Source: a candidate division WOR-3 bacterium
GTDB lineage: Bacteria; Hydrothermota; 32-111
NCBI GenBank assembly: GCA_037481815.1
Contig: JBBFKX010000001.1
Location: forward strand, 773,826 to 837,825
Direction: 5' to 3'
DNA: 64,000 bases
In this document: positions 19,271 through 28,962 of the stretch, in pieces
Position numbering within the stretch: position 1 is the first letter of the stretch
How the letters are laid out: every line of letters begins with the position of its first letter
Made by a program: the position numbers and the translations under genes
The notes under the pieces: generated by a model
What the model was told of the DNA's origin: nothing
Databases searched by the model: none
The model's input: only the letters and a program-made list of their open reading frames with translations

Positions 19271-19934
19271 CTATTCTTCCATCCCTCAAGAATATAACAT
19301 CATCAGCATAATCCATCACGAGTTTATCATGCGTTGAAAAGATGAATGTTGTGTTCAAATCTCTGTTCATCTTTCTCATTATTTCCATAACATTTTTTGC
19401 GTTTTCAGAGTCAAGGTTCGCTGTTGGTTCATCAGCAAGAACAAGAATTGGTTTTTTGACAAGGGCTCTTGCGATTGCTACTCTCTGTTTCTGTCCCCCG
19501 GATAATTCTTTCGGAAATCGATTCTTCAGGTCGAGTATTCCGACCATATCAAGTATTTCCTCTACAAGTTTTTTGTGATTCCTGTTAAATTTAGGGTTTA
19601 TTGCAAGAGAAAATTCAACATTTTCATAAACTGTCAAAACAGGGATAAGATTGAAATCTTGAAATATAAAACCGATATTTTGATTCCTAAAATATGTTAA
19701 CTTATTATCATCGTATCCGACTACATTTTCCTTATCAAAGTAAAGATTACCTGATGTTGGCTGATCCAGACAACCTATGATGTTTAGAAGTGTTGTTTTT
19801 CCACTTCCAGAAGGACCGGCAATAGATATAAAAGAACCTTTCTTAATTTCTAGAGAAACAGAGTTTAAAGCACGAACAACAACATCTCCAACCTTATAAT
19901 CTTTAACAATATTTTCAACCTTTATATCCTGCAT
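19257..19934 (-). CDS. ABC transporter ATP-binding protein, LolD-like
   Basis: Walker A GPSGSGKT, signature LSGGQKQR, Walker B LADEPTANLD, H-loop STHD. Confidence 0.93.
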   Translation of the reverse strand: MQDIKVENIVKDYKVGDVVVRALNSVSLEIKKGSFISIAGPSGSGKTTLLNIIGCLDQPTSGNLYFDKENVVGYDDNKLTYFRNQNIGFIFQDFNLIPVLTVYENVEFSLAINPKFNRNHKKLVEEILDMVGILDLKNRFPKELSGGQKQRVAIARALVKKPILVLADEPTANLDSENAKNVMEIMRKMNRDLNTTFIFSTHDKLVMDYADDVIFLRDGRIVEKV

Positions 19935-20496
19935 TATCCCTCCAAAAAACCTTTCTTTGAATGTTTAAAAAAGAAACAACCATAAAATCTTTCAAAAGAT
20001 CACCCGGAATAAAAGGCAGAACTCCCATATACAAAATTTCCATAAAAGTCAAATTCTTATGGAAAACAAAAGAAAAAAATGTAAACAAATATAATGCACC
20101 AGTTACATAAATCAAAAAATTACAAAAAATAAGAAGAAGAATTAATTTTTTATTAAAATGCTCTTTAAGGTTTACGATTAAAAATGAGGAAATAAAAAAT
20201 CCGATAATATATCCATAAGTTGGAGAAAAAATTGTTAAAGTGTTGTTAGTCGCGAATAATGGAATTCCAAAAATTCCCAACATTATAAACAAAAACACAG
20301 AAATTATTGCTTCTTGACCTAAAAGAAGTGAAATTAGAAATATTCCAAATGTTTGACCTGTAATCGGAACAGGTGAAAACGGAAGGAAAATTTTTATTTT
20401 TGAAGTTAATGCTAAAATAATCAAAGATATCAGTATTTTTAGAACTTTGTTTGCAGTTGTTTTTTCAATGGTATGAATTTTACTTATAAAATCCAT
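19915..20496 (-). CDS. bioY: Biotin transporter S component BioY
   Basis: PFSPVPITGQT, GIPLFA, PTYGYIIGF and GVLPFIPGDLLK motifs. Confidence 0.9.
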   Translation of the reverse strand: MDFISKIHTIEKTTANKVLKILISLIILALTSKIKIFLPFSPVPITGQTFGIFLISLLLGQEAIISVFLFIMLGIFGIPLFATNNTLTIFSPTYGYIIGFFISSFLIVNLKEHFNKKLILLLIFCNFLIYVTGALYLFTFFSFVFHKNLTFMEILYMGVLPFIPGDLLKDFMVVSFLNIQRKVFWRDNAGYKG

Positions 20497-20526
20497 AAGA
20501 ACTCCTCAATTTTCCTATTTTAAAGA

Positions 20527-20554
20527 ATTTTAAACTTTTAAAAATTCAAGTCAA
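20527..20554 (-). promoter_or_regulatory. Putative sigma70 promoter of the bioY/ABC operon
   Basis: TTGACT-N16-TAAAAT; GAGGAG SD before bioY. Confidence 0.5.
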
Positions 20555-20575
20555 GTTTAAACTGAAAATTTTTAA

Positions 20576-20603
20576 TTGACTATTGAAGATATACAAATAT
20601 AAT
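20576..20603 (+). promoter_or_regulatory. Putative sigma70 promoter of yajC-fmt-purF
   Basis: TTGACT-N16-TATAAT; AAGGAG SD before yajC. Confidence 0.6.
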
Positions 20604-20629
20604 TATGAAAAACAAAATAAGGAGTTTAT

Positions 20630-20953
20630 ATGTTACAGTACTTAATTTTTAACCAGACACCAACACAACAAACAAATCCACTTGTTTCACTCTTACCATT
20701 AATAATCATGTTCGCAGCATTATATCTTTTATTCATTTTACCACAACAAAAAGCAGAAAAAAAGCATAAAGAGATGCTTAACTCGTTGAATAAGGGTGAT
20801 AAAGTGATATTATCTTCAGGTATAATAGGAACTATAAACAATATTAAAGAAGATATAATCTTTCTTGAAATTTCACCAAAAGTTGAAATAAAAGTTTTAA
20901 AGTCCACTGTTACAAAAAAGATAGAGGATGATTCCGAATTAAAAAATGGATAG
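20630..20953 (+). CDS. yajC: Preprotein translocase subunit YajC
   Basis: One TM helix, then PQQK..KKHKEML..L.KGDKV..SSGIIG. Confidence 0.92.
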   Translation: MLQYLIFNQTPTQQTNPLVSLLPLIIMFAALYLLFILPQQKAEKKHKEMLNSLNKGDKVILSSGIIGTINNIKEDIIFLEISPKVEIKVLKSTVTKKIEDDSELKNG

Positions 20954-21875
20954 TTTTGTTTTTATTGGAAACGATAACATATCTTTGAAGTTTCTTGAAA
21001 AAATTATAGATAAAAAACGACCAGAATATATAATAACAGGCCAAGACAGAATATCAGGTAGAGGGAGAAATTTAACTCCCTCACCATTGGTTGAAATAGC
21101 AAAAAAAAATTCAATAGAGTTATTGAAAACCGATAATCCAAATTCTAACGAGTTTTTAAAATTGTTAAAAGAAAAAAAAATACCCGATTTTTTTCTTTTA
21201 TTTTCTTTTGGTTATATACTCAACAAAGAATTTCTTGAAATACCAAAAAGGATGAGTGTTAATATTCATCCTTCTTTACTTCCCAAATATAGAGGAGCCG
21301 CGCCGATCAATAGAGTTATAATTGATGGAGAAAATAAAAGTGGAGTGACATTTTTCAAAATGGATGAAACTCTCGACGGTGGAGACATTATTATTCAGGA
21401 AAGTTTCTCTCTTGAACCTTACATCGATTCTATACAACTCAAAGAAAAAGTGGTAGAAGTTTCCTCGAAAATGTTCTTAACTTTTGATTGGTCAAAGGAT
21501 TTTAAACTCTATAAACAGGATGAAAGACATGCTACCTATGCAAAAAAAATAAAAAAGAAAGAACTTATTCTCGATCTAAACAAAAACCCTCTGAAATTAA
21601 CAAATCATATCAATGGCCTTGCAGAATATGGAATAAAATGTAGAATTGGTAAATATAATGTGAAAATAAGAAAAGTGATTCCATCAGAAACAAGGGTTGA
21701 AAAATGGAGTTTAAAAATTTCGGAAAAGAAGGAATTACTTTTAGGTTGTGAAAATGGATCAGTATCGGTTCTAAAGATACAACCCGAAGGTAAAAATATA
21801 ATGGATTCAAAAAGTTTTATAAATGGCTACAAAATAAAAGATGGAGAGAAAATATGTGTGGAATCTTTGGAGTAA
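20946..21875 (+). CDS. fmt: Methionyl-tRNA formyltransferase
   Basis: GRGR..PSP, NIHPSLLPKYRGAAPI, LDGGD, ATYAKKI and IQPEGK motifs. Confidence 0.9.
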   Translation: MDSFVFIGNDNISLKFLEKIIDKKRPEYIITGQDRISGRGRNLTPSPLVEIAKKNSIELLKTDNPNSNEFLKLLKEKKIPDFFLLFSFGYILNKEFLEIPKRMSVNIHPSLLPKYRGAAPINRVIIDGENKSGVTFFKMDETLDGGDIIIQESFSLEPYIDSIQLKEKVVEVSSKMFLTFDWSKDFKLYKQDERHATYAKKIKKKELILDLNKNPLKLTNHINGLAEYGIKCRIGKYNVKIRKVIPSETRVEKWSLKISEKKELLLGCENGSVSVLKIQPEGKNIMDSKSFINGYKIKDGEKICVESLE

Positions 21876-23269
21876 TTGGTTCAAAAAATGCTTTCATAGA
21901 TATATACAAAGGGTTAAAGATGATCCAGCATAGGGGGCAGGACACATGCGGTATCGTAACATTTTCAAACAAATTCAACATCAAACTCGCTGAGGGACTT
22001 GTAACGAACGCTTTTGATGAAAATGATATCAACAAACTTTCAGGATATACAGGCATAGGGCACGTAAGGTATCCGACGATAGGAAAAGGAGGTTTGGAGA
22101 ATGCTCAACCTGTTTATACAAATACCCCTTATGGAATAGTTATGGCTCACAACGGTAATGTTGTAAACTATTTCAGTTTAAAAAACAAATTGATCAAGGA
22201 ATACCATAGATATATAAATTCAGAGGTTGATGTTCAAATAATACTAAATGTTTTCGCATACTATTTGAGTTTTGAAAAAAAATTCAGTTTTGAAGCAATC
22301 TGTAAATCTGTTGAAAAAGTTTTTGATGAGGTTAAAGGGAGTTATTCTGTTATAGCATATATCGCAGGGCAAGGTTTTCTTGCGTTCAGAGATCCTGTTG
22401 GATACAGACCCCTGGTTTTTGGAACCGATGGAGAAAGATACGCTTTTTCCTCTGAATCGGTATCACTTGAAAGTATTGGAATAGAAAATTTTGAAGATGT
22501 AAAACCTGGTGAAGTTATTTTTATTACGGATAAAGGAAAAATTAACAGAAAAATTGTAAAAAAATCGGAACATAAAGCATGTATCTTCGAATGGGTATAT
22601 TTCGCAAGACCGGATTCCATAATCGACGGTATAGATGTTTACAATGCAAGATATCGCCTCGGAGAAAAACTCGCTGAGGTTTTGTATGATAGGAGAAAAG
22701 ATTTTGATGTGGTTATACCCGTTCCGGATACCTCAAGAACCGCAGCACTTGCACTCGCAACAAAACTAAATCTCCCTTACAGGGAAGGATTGATCAAAAA
22801 CAGATACGTTGGAAGAACTTTTATAATGCCAGGGCAGAAAAAAAGAATAGATGCTGTTAGAGAAAAATTACACCCAATAAAAATAGAACTTCAAAATAAA
22901 AGGGTCTTGCTCGTCGATGATTCCATCGTAAGAGGAAACACTTCAAAAAGTATTGTAAAACTTGTTAGGGAGGCAAAAGCAAAAGAGGTACATTTTGCTG
23001 TTTATTCACCACCTTTGAAATTCCCATGCTATTTTGGAATAGATATACAGAAAACTGATGAGTTCATTGCTAACAAAACAAGTTTCGATAAAATAGCTTC
23101 TGAAATCGGTGCTGACTCTTTAACCTATCTTCCTCTTGAAAAGTTGATCGAAGGTGTTGGAATAAACAGAACAGATTTTTGTACATCATGTTTCAGCGGT
23201 AAATACGATATATCTCTTGATCAACAAGATATAGATGATATAAAGAAAGATAGAACAAACTCTTTTTAA
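21854..23269 (+). CDS. purF: Amidophosphoribosyltransferase (Fe-S type)
   Basis: MCGI Ntn start, QHRGQD, GHVRYPT, HNGN and VDDSIVRGNT; Cys in CIFEWVYF, PCYFGID and CTSC. Confidence 0.97.
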   Translation: MCGIFGVIGSKNAFIDIYKGLKMIQHRGQDTCGIVTFSNKFNIKLAEGLVTNAFDENDINKLSGYTGIGHVRYPTIGKGGLENAQPVYTNTPYGIVMAHNGNVVNYFSLKNKLIKEYHRYINSEVDVQIILNVFAYYLSFEKKFSFEAICKSVEKVFDEVKGSYSVIAYIAGQGFLAFRDPVGYRPLVFGTDGERYAFSSESVSLESIGIENFEDVKPGEVIFITDKGKINRKIVKKSEHKACIFEWVYFARPDSIIDGIDVYNARYRLGEKLAEVLYDRRKDFDVVIPVPDTSRTAALALATKLNLPYREGLIKNRYVGRTFIMPGQKKRIDAVREKLHPIKIELQNKRVLLVDDSIVRGNTSKSIVKLVREAKAKEVHFAVYSPPLKFPCYFGIDIQKTDEFIANKTSFDKIASEIGADSLTYLPLEKLIEGVGINRTDFCTSCFSGKYDISLDQQDIDDIKKDRTNSF

Positions 23270-23277
23270 TTTAAATT

Positions 23278-26200
23278 TTGTTAATGTTTTATTTTAAAAC
23301 TTTATACCTTATACTGTTCTTATACCTTCAACCTGATACTATCCAACTTGAAAACGCATACGACTTTTATGTTTTTGAAAATCCCATCTATAAAAATTCA
23401 TTACAGATATTATCAGAAAAAAAAATTTTAAAAGAAAATGAGGATTTTTATTTTGATGGAAAAAAAATTAAGTTTACAAAATATTTTAAAGAAGTTCAGA
23501 TAATTTTTTTAAAAGTGGACGAACAAATTAAAACAGAAAACTTTAAATATAAAGATGAACCAGAAAAAGAGGAAATTTTTATCGAAAAAGATGAATCAAC
23601 AAAAAATGTTTATATCACAGGGGTGAAAGGTTTTAATGTTCTAAATCAGAACAATAGAATCGATATAGATCAGGTAACAGATTTTTCAATAAATGGAAAA
23701 ATTGATTCACTCTGGTACATCGAAGGATATATAAATGATAATTCATCGACAAACGATCTCGGGCTAAATGTTCCAATCTATCAGATTGAAAATTTGGAAT
23801 TTTCTTTATACAATACAACGGGAACAAAATTTTTTCTTGGAAATTCGAAGTTACAGAATAACTGGTCAAAATTCTTAAACCTTAACAAGGAGATTTTTGG
23901 CCTTGGATTTTCTACAGGTTTAAAAAAATATCCTTTGTCTTTCTCATATGCGGCTGAAAAAGGAAATTTTAAATCAACATCTTTTTTTTGTATCGATGGT
24001 GTTCTCGGTCCATACAGGATAGTTGAAGAAAGAAATCTGTTCGATTATACGATTACACCTGGAAGTGAAAAAGTTTATCTAAACGGACAACTTTTAGAAA
24101 ACGGAGAGGATAAAGATTATACTGTTGACTATTATACCGGTGAATTAACTTTTACAAACAAACATATCGTTGACCAAAACTCGTTTGTTTATATTGAGTT
24201 TCAACAGTTTGACATAATGTCTTTAAACTCCGGGTACTATATTTCTTTAGGAGATGAAAAAAATGATCTGAGAATGTTTTACGGAAGCGAAGGAAACCAG
24301 ATAAATGATCAAGAACTTAAAAAAGAACTCTCAATGTATCCATCAGATTCTTCCTATATCCTTCTTAAAGGGTATGAATTTGTTGGAGAAAACAAAGGAG
24401 ATTATTTTTTACAGGACTCGATTTTTGTCTTTGCTGGAGAAGGTAAAGGTGATTACAAAGTTGAATTTTATTATGTAGGATATGGAAAAGGAGATTATCT
24501 CTACTCACCATCAAATTTTTCATTTATATATGCAGGTAAAAACAATGGCAACTACTCCCCTTATCGAAAAGTTCCACTTCCATTTTTTTACCATCTTATA
24601 GATATTTCATATTCGAAAAATATAAAGTATGGTGGTTTTGGTCTCGAAATATTGACAGGCCTTTACAAGAATAATAGATACAATTTGCAATCACGGTTTT
24701 TAAAAGATTTTTCTTATAATCTATCTTACAATACAAAAAGATTCTCATTTAACAATTTTTCCTCTTCATTATCATTCCAATACATAGAAAACGATACCAT
24801 ATACAAAACAAGATGGAACAGAAAGGTTAACTATGAATACATTCAAAATGACACCATTTTTAAAACTCCTTTTCGGGAGATAACTCTTTCGTTTGATCCC
24901 TCCTTTGAAAACATTTTCAATTCAAATCATTCGATTTCTAAAATCGATTCTTTCAACACTTTTAGAACGATTATAAATACAGACACTTTTTTTAACTATT
25001 TTGTCGATTTCCGAGCGAACTATTTTATTTTAAAAGATTCTTTTTATTATAAAAATGAGTTCATTTCACTAACAAAAAGATTAAAAATATCAAATATTTC
25101 CGCTTTTATAGAAAATGAAAGTAAAGTTTTTCTTTCATTTAAAAGAGGATTGAGGATATTTACAGATAGTAGAAATTTTCTCATGGAATATAGAAATGAA
25201 AAAATTTTTGAGGATAGTTTAAAAACTAAAAATATTGATGTATTCAAATTCGAAACAAACAAACTTGAAAGAGAAAATTTTTCAGCTCTATTTTCTGGAG
25301 AATATAAAATTTTTGACTATAACGATACGAAAAGGAATATAGTGGCCATCAGTACATCTTATAAAAAAATATTCAAAAATATTTGTGAATATTTTTTAGA
25401 TACCTACATAACATCTCTTTCCTTATACAACATAGTTGAAACCTATGTTTATGTTGGTAAAGGCAAAGGAGAGTATATTTATGATTCAACGACGAATTCT
25501 TACATTTATGATAAAATATATGGTGAATACATACTCATAAGAGAAAATAAACTATCCGGTGATCCTTATTCAAAAAGAACACTCAAAACTTCTTTAAGAT
25601 TCTATCAATTTGAAACTATGGTTAATTTAAACTATTCAGATTTATCCAAGAACCTGTTTGAAACAAAACAAGGTAATTTGAATGAAACGAACTTGAATTT
25701 TAAAATTCTTATTGATAAACTTTTAAACAAAAATTTAACTCCCTTTATGGGATTGACATACGAAAAAAAATATTTCAAAAATCTATCATCTTTTAAAAAT
25801 TTTTCTTTTGATGCAGGGATCAAAAACATAATGGATATCAAATATTCACTTTTCTATCGAAGAGAAAAAGAATCGAGAGAAGATACTTCAGGAAAATATG
25901 AATTGAATTCAAATTCTATTATTTTGGAATTCGATCTGGGTAGTTTTAAACAGAACTACAAATTCAAAATCTCTTATGGTTACTTCTATGGATTTTATGA
26001 CTATGATGAAATAAGTTTTTCAAATTTAAAAGGAACTAAAATGGAAGTTTCTTCGGATATCGAACAAAAAATTTTTTCAGATCTTTCTTTCAACCTTGTT
26101 CCAAGAATCTCATACACATTGTATAATGAAGGAGATGACATTCCATTGAGTATAAATTATAAATACCCTGAAGGGATATTCTTTGAAAACACTCTCTCTC

Positions 26201-26310
26201 TAATTTTTATGAACGATTTTGTCAATTCAAGGATATCGTATATTATGGATTATTCTTTAAGAAATTCTTTAAGACAGAGAGTTCTTTTCTCTCTATTTAC
26301 CTATTTTTAA
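23278..26310 (+). CDS. Large hypothetical outer-membrane protein
   Basis: GSEKVYLNG...DYTVDYYTGELTF motif, repeated G-x-G-K-G-D-Y motifs, beta-rich C-terminal half ending FSLFTYF. Confidence 0.6.
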   Translation: MLMFYFKTLYLILFLYLQPDTIQLENAYDFYVFENPIYKNSLQILSEKKILKENEDFYFDGKKIKFTKYFKEVQIIFLKVDEQIKTENFKYKDEPEKEEIFIEKDESTKNVYITGVKGFNVLNQNNRIDIDQVTDFSINGKIDSLWYIEGYINDNSSTNDLGLNVPIYQIENLEFSLYNTTGTKFFLGNSKLQNNWSKFLNLNKEIFGLGFSTGLKKYPLSFSYAAEKGNFKSTSFFCIDGVLGPYRIVEERNLFDYTITPGSEKVYLNGQLLENGEDKDYTVDYYTGELTFTNKHIVDQNSFVYIEFQQFDIMSLNSGYYISLGDEKNDLRMFYGSEGNQINDQELKKELSMYPSDSSYILLKGYEFVGENKGDYFLQDSIFVFAGEGKGDYKVEFYYVGYGKGDYLYSPSNFSFIYAGKNNGNYSPYRKVPLPFFYHLIDISYSKNIKYGGFGLEILTGLYKNNRYNLQSRFLKDFSYNLSYNTKRFSFNNFSSSLSFQYIENDTIYKTRWNRKVNYEYIQNDTIFKTPFREITLSFDPSFENIFNSNHSISKIDSFNTFRTIINTDTFFNYFVDFRANYFILKDSFYYKNEFISLTKRLKISNISAFIENESKVFLSFKRGLRIFTDSRNFLMEYRNEKIFEDSLKTKNIDVFKFETNKLERENFSALFSGEYKIFDYNDTKRNIVAISTSYKKIFKNICEYFLDTYITSLSLYNIVETYVYVGKGKGEYIYDSTTNSYIYDKIYGEYILIRENKLSGDPYSKRTLKTSLRFYQFETMVNLNYSDLSKNLFETKQGNLNETNLNFKILIDKLLNKNLTPFMGLTYEKKYFKNLSSFKNFSFDAGIKNIMDIKYSLFYRREKESREDTSGKYELNSNSIILEFDLGSFKQNYKFKISYGYFYGFYDYDEISFSNLKGTKMEVSSDIEQKIFSDLSFNLVPRISYTLYNEGDDIPLSINYKYPEGIFFENTLSLIFMNDFVNSRISYIMDYSLRNSLRQRVLFSLFTYF

Positions 26311-26784
26311 AAATTCGAGTTCCTTTGAAATATCTTTTTTTACTTTAAATGGAAAAAGATTTTTTCCATACTTTGTTTTCACCTGTATTTCACCTTCAAC
26401 ATCTATAACTAGTTTCCCTTGTTTCATTTTTTCAATTATATCAGTTGATAGTATTGAGTATTTAATTTTCAAATTCGTCGAATAAACCCCAGAAGAGTTT
26501 TTTTTCAACAGAAAACTTTTTTCAGAGATTCCTTCTCCAACATTTTGGGAATCTATAAAAATTTTATAAACAACTCTTTCAAAATTTATATCAACCTTAT
26601 TTGGATTAAACACTTTTAAGTTAAGATCAAAATTCACTCCTGTCAAATCAAACGATTTATATTCAAATGAGTCAACTTCGTATTCAAGATTTTTCAAGGT
26701 TTTAACCTGATTAAGATAAGCACAGTTTGAAAGAACAATTAAAAATATAATAACAATATTGAAGATCAAAATTTTTTTAACCAT
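26293..26784 (-). CDS. LEA type 2 (WHy-domain) lipoprotein
   Basis: Lipobox-like LSNC; L.V.NPN motif typical of LEA_2. Confidence 0.75.
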   Translation of the reverse strand: MVKKILIFNIVIIFLIVLSNCAYLNQVKTLKNLEYEVDSFEYKSFDLTGVNFDLNLKVFNPNKVDINFERVVYKIFIDSQNVGEGISEKSFLLKKNSSGVYSTNLKIKYSILSTDIIEKMKQGKLVIDVEGEIQVKTKYGKNLFPFKVKKDISKELEFLKIGK

Positions 26785-28037
26785 CTTTGTAAATCCTTTT
26801 TATAAAGTTCTGGATCAACATCTATCCTGTTAAGTTTTTCTTCAACAGCACATTTTAAAACAGCATAAGATTCTTCAACAAAAACTCTTCTATCAAAAGG
26901 TTTTGGTATAAAATATTTTTTCGAAAATTTTAAGTCCTCCTTATATAAATTTTTTATATATGAGGGAACATTCTTTTTTGCAAGACAGGCAAGGGATCTT
27001 GCCGCTTCAAGTTTCATATTTTCACTTATTCTCGTTGCACCACAATCAAGAACTCCTCTGAAAATATATGGGAACCCTAAAACATTGTTGATCTGATTCG
27101 GATAATCGGATCTTCCGGTTGCAAGAATTATATCTTTTCTGGTGCCAATCGCTTCATAATAATCTATTTCAGGATCAGGATTTGCAAGTGCAAAAACTAT
27201 GGGGTTTTTTGCCATCTTCTTCAACATCTCTTTTTTCAAAACACCTTTGACCGATAATCCAAGAAACATATCAGCATCTTCAATTGCTTCTTCGATTTTT
27301 AACTCTTTTTCTTTTGCAAAGATTTTGTTGTATCTGTTTAAATCTTTTCTGTTTTTAGAGAGCATTCCAAACTTATCAAAAACAAAAATCTTTTCCAATG
27401 AAACTCCAACCTTTAAAAACATCTTTAAAACGGGAATAGCAGCAGCACCAGCACCGGATACAACGATCTTCAAATCACTGATATTCTTTTCAACAAGTTC
27501 ACAAGCGTTCATAAGGCCCGCTGTTGCAATTATCGCTGTTCCATGTTGGTCATCATGGAAGACGGGTATATCCATCATCTCGGTCAACTTTTCTTCAATA
27601 TAAAAACACTCAGGCCCCCTTATATCCTCTAAATTTATTCCTCCAAAGGTTGGCTCTAACGATTTTACTATTTGAACAAATCTGTCTGGATCCTTTTCAT
27701 CAACCTCTATATCAAAAGCATCTATGAATGCGAACTTTTTAAACAGAACCGCTTTTCCTTCCATGACAGGTTTTGATGCATACGCCCCTATATCACCAAG
27801 ACCTAAAACCGCTGTTCCATTTGAAACAACTCCAACAAGATTTCTTCTATTTGTGTATTTGAACGATAAATTTTTATCTTTTGAAATTTCAAGTGATGGG
27901 AACGCAACTCCCGGAGTGTATGCTAAAGAAAGATCCTCTTTTGACTGACACCGTTTTTTAATCTTTATCTCAATTTTTCCACCGGTTGGAAAAGAATGAT
28001 ATTTGAGTGATTTGGTTTTTAAATCGGTTTTCTTCAT
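26766..28037 (-). CDS. NAD(P)-dependent malic enzyme (no phosphotransacetylase domain)
   Basis: [52 protein letters not shown] and [13 protein letters not shown]. Start placed at MKKTDLK (28037); the track's extension overlaps the divergent gene. Confidence 0.95.
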   Translation of the reverse strand: MKKTDLKTKSLKYHSFPTGGKIEIKIKKRCQSKEDLSLAYTPGVAFPSLEISKDKNLSFKYTNRRNLVGVVSNGTAVLGLGDIGAYASKPVMEGKAVLFKKFAFIDAFDIEVDEKDPDRFVQIVKSLEPTFGGINLEDIRGPECFYIEEKLTEMMDIPVFHDDQHGTAIIATAGLMNACELVEKNISDLKIVVSGAGAAAIPVLKMFLKVGVSLEKIFVFDKFGMLSKNRKDLNRYNKIFAKEKELKIEEAIEDADMFLGLSVKGVLKKEMLKKMAKNPIVFALANPDPEIDYYEAIGTRKDIILATGRSDYPNQINNVLGFPYIFRGVLDCGATRISENMKLEAARSLACLAKKNVPSYIKNLYKEDLKFSKKYFIPKPFDRRVFVEESYAVLKCAVEEKLNRIDVDPELYKKDLQRWLKKF

Positions 28038-28045
28038 AGTAATAA

Positions 28046-28073
28046 AGTATAGTAAATAAATCTTAAAATTCAA
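28046..28073 (-). promoter_or_regulatory. Putative sigma70 promoter of malic enzyme (short leader)
   Basis: TTGAAT-N16-TATACT, 8 nt before the ATG at 28037, no SD. Confidence 0.5.
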
Positions 28074-28086
28074 CAAAAATTTATGA

Positions 28087-28114
28087 TTGACTATATTTTT
28101 AAGTTTTATATAAT
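28087..28114 (+). promoter_or_regulatory. Putative sigma70 promoter
   Basis: TTGACT-N16-TATAAT; AAGGAG/GAGG SD before 28135. Confidence 0.6.
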
Positions 28115-28134
28115 AAACTAAAAAAGGAGAGAGG

Positions 28135-28596
28135 ATGAAAAAAATTACCATTTTAATTTTAGTTTTTGTTCTAGTTTTCAATATTTCAGTTTTTTCCCAG
28201 AACTTACAACAACAAAAACCATCTTATGAGGAAGGAAAAGAAGCTGGAAGAATTGCTGCTTCTTCTGAAAATACATTTTTATGGGGAATTTTAGGTTGTG
28301 GAGCAACTTCCTTTTTATCACTATTTGGTTGTCTTGGAACGACCATTGTTGCTTATCTTATTGAACCTCAAATTCCATATATTCCTTATGAAAAAGGTGA
28401 TAATTATAGAATAGGTTTTAAAGAAGGTTATTCTACCGAAATAAGGATGAAAAGAGCAATAAGTACTTTAGTAGGAGGTTCTATTCCATTAATATGTATA
28501 ACAGCATTTTCTATATCTTATTATCTTCTCTATGGTACTTGTATTTTTACTTCATATTTGAGTGTTTTGTTAGCTTCAATTTTTTCAATGCAATAA
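28135..28596 (+). CDS. Hypothetical exported/membrane protein
   Basis: Strong SD, signal peptide and two further hydrophobic Gly/Cys-rich segments. Confidence 0.7.
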   Translation: MKKITILILVFVLVFNISVFSQNLQQQKPSYEEGKEAGRIAASSENTFLWGILGCGATSFLSLFGCLGTTIVAYLIEPQIPYIPYEKGDNYRIGFKEGYSTEIRMKRAISTLVGGSIPLICITAFSISYYLLYGTCIFTSYLSVLLASIFSMQ

Positions 28597-28608
28597 CAAG
28601 GAACAATA

Positions 28609-28962
28609 TTGTTAACCAAAGTTTACGATTCTTCCTATAATATAGTTGGTTATATTCATGATAAAACGATAGAAGATAATTCTGGTGCTCCTATAGGTTT
28701 TTTTGAAAGTGATAGAATCCTTGATCAACATTACAATGTAATAGGATATTACCATTATGGAAGATATGAGGATGCTTCTGGAACAATCCTTGCATATCTT
28801 GAAGGAGATACATTAACTGATAGTTCTCACTCTCCTATCGCCTATATTTTAAGTGAAAGGATAGAAGATTCTTTTCATAACACTATAGGTTATATACATA
28901 ATAATCTCGATAAGGGGTGTATAGGAACTCTTCTTGTTTTTGGATTCGTTTCGTTGATATGA
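28609..28962 (+). CDS. Small 16-aa-repeat protein (beta-flower-like) with a C-terminal hydrophobic helix
   Basis: TTG start after AAGGA; six repeats of D-x4-[IV/P/T]-[IVL]-[GA]-[YF]. Confidence 0.65.
   Translation: MLTKVYDSSYNIVGYIHDKTIEDNSGAPIGFFESDRILDQHYNVIGYYHYGRYEDASGTILAYLEGDTLTDSSHSPIAYILSERIEDSFHNTIGYIHNNLDKGCIGTLLVFGFVSLI

Noticed and set aside
20497..20629. Riboswitch or BirA operator upstream of bioY or the purF operon
   Set aside because: The short AT-rich gap is filled by two divergent promoter-like elements; no structured leader or convincing operator palindrome.
28038..28181. 48-aa hydrophobic N-terminal extension of malic enzyme in the ORF track
   Set aside because: It spans two divergent promoter-like elements and overlaps the 28135 gene; homology begins at MKKTDLK.
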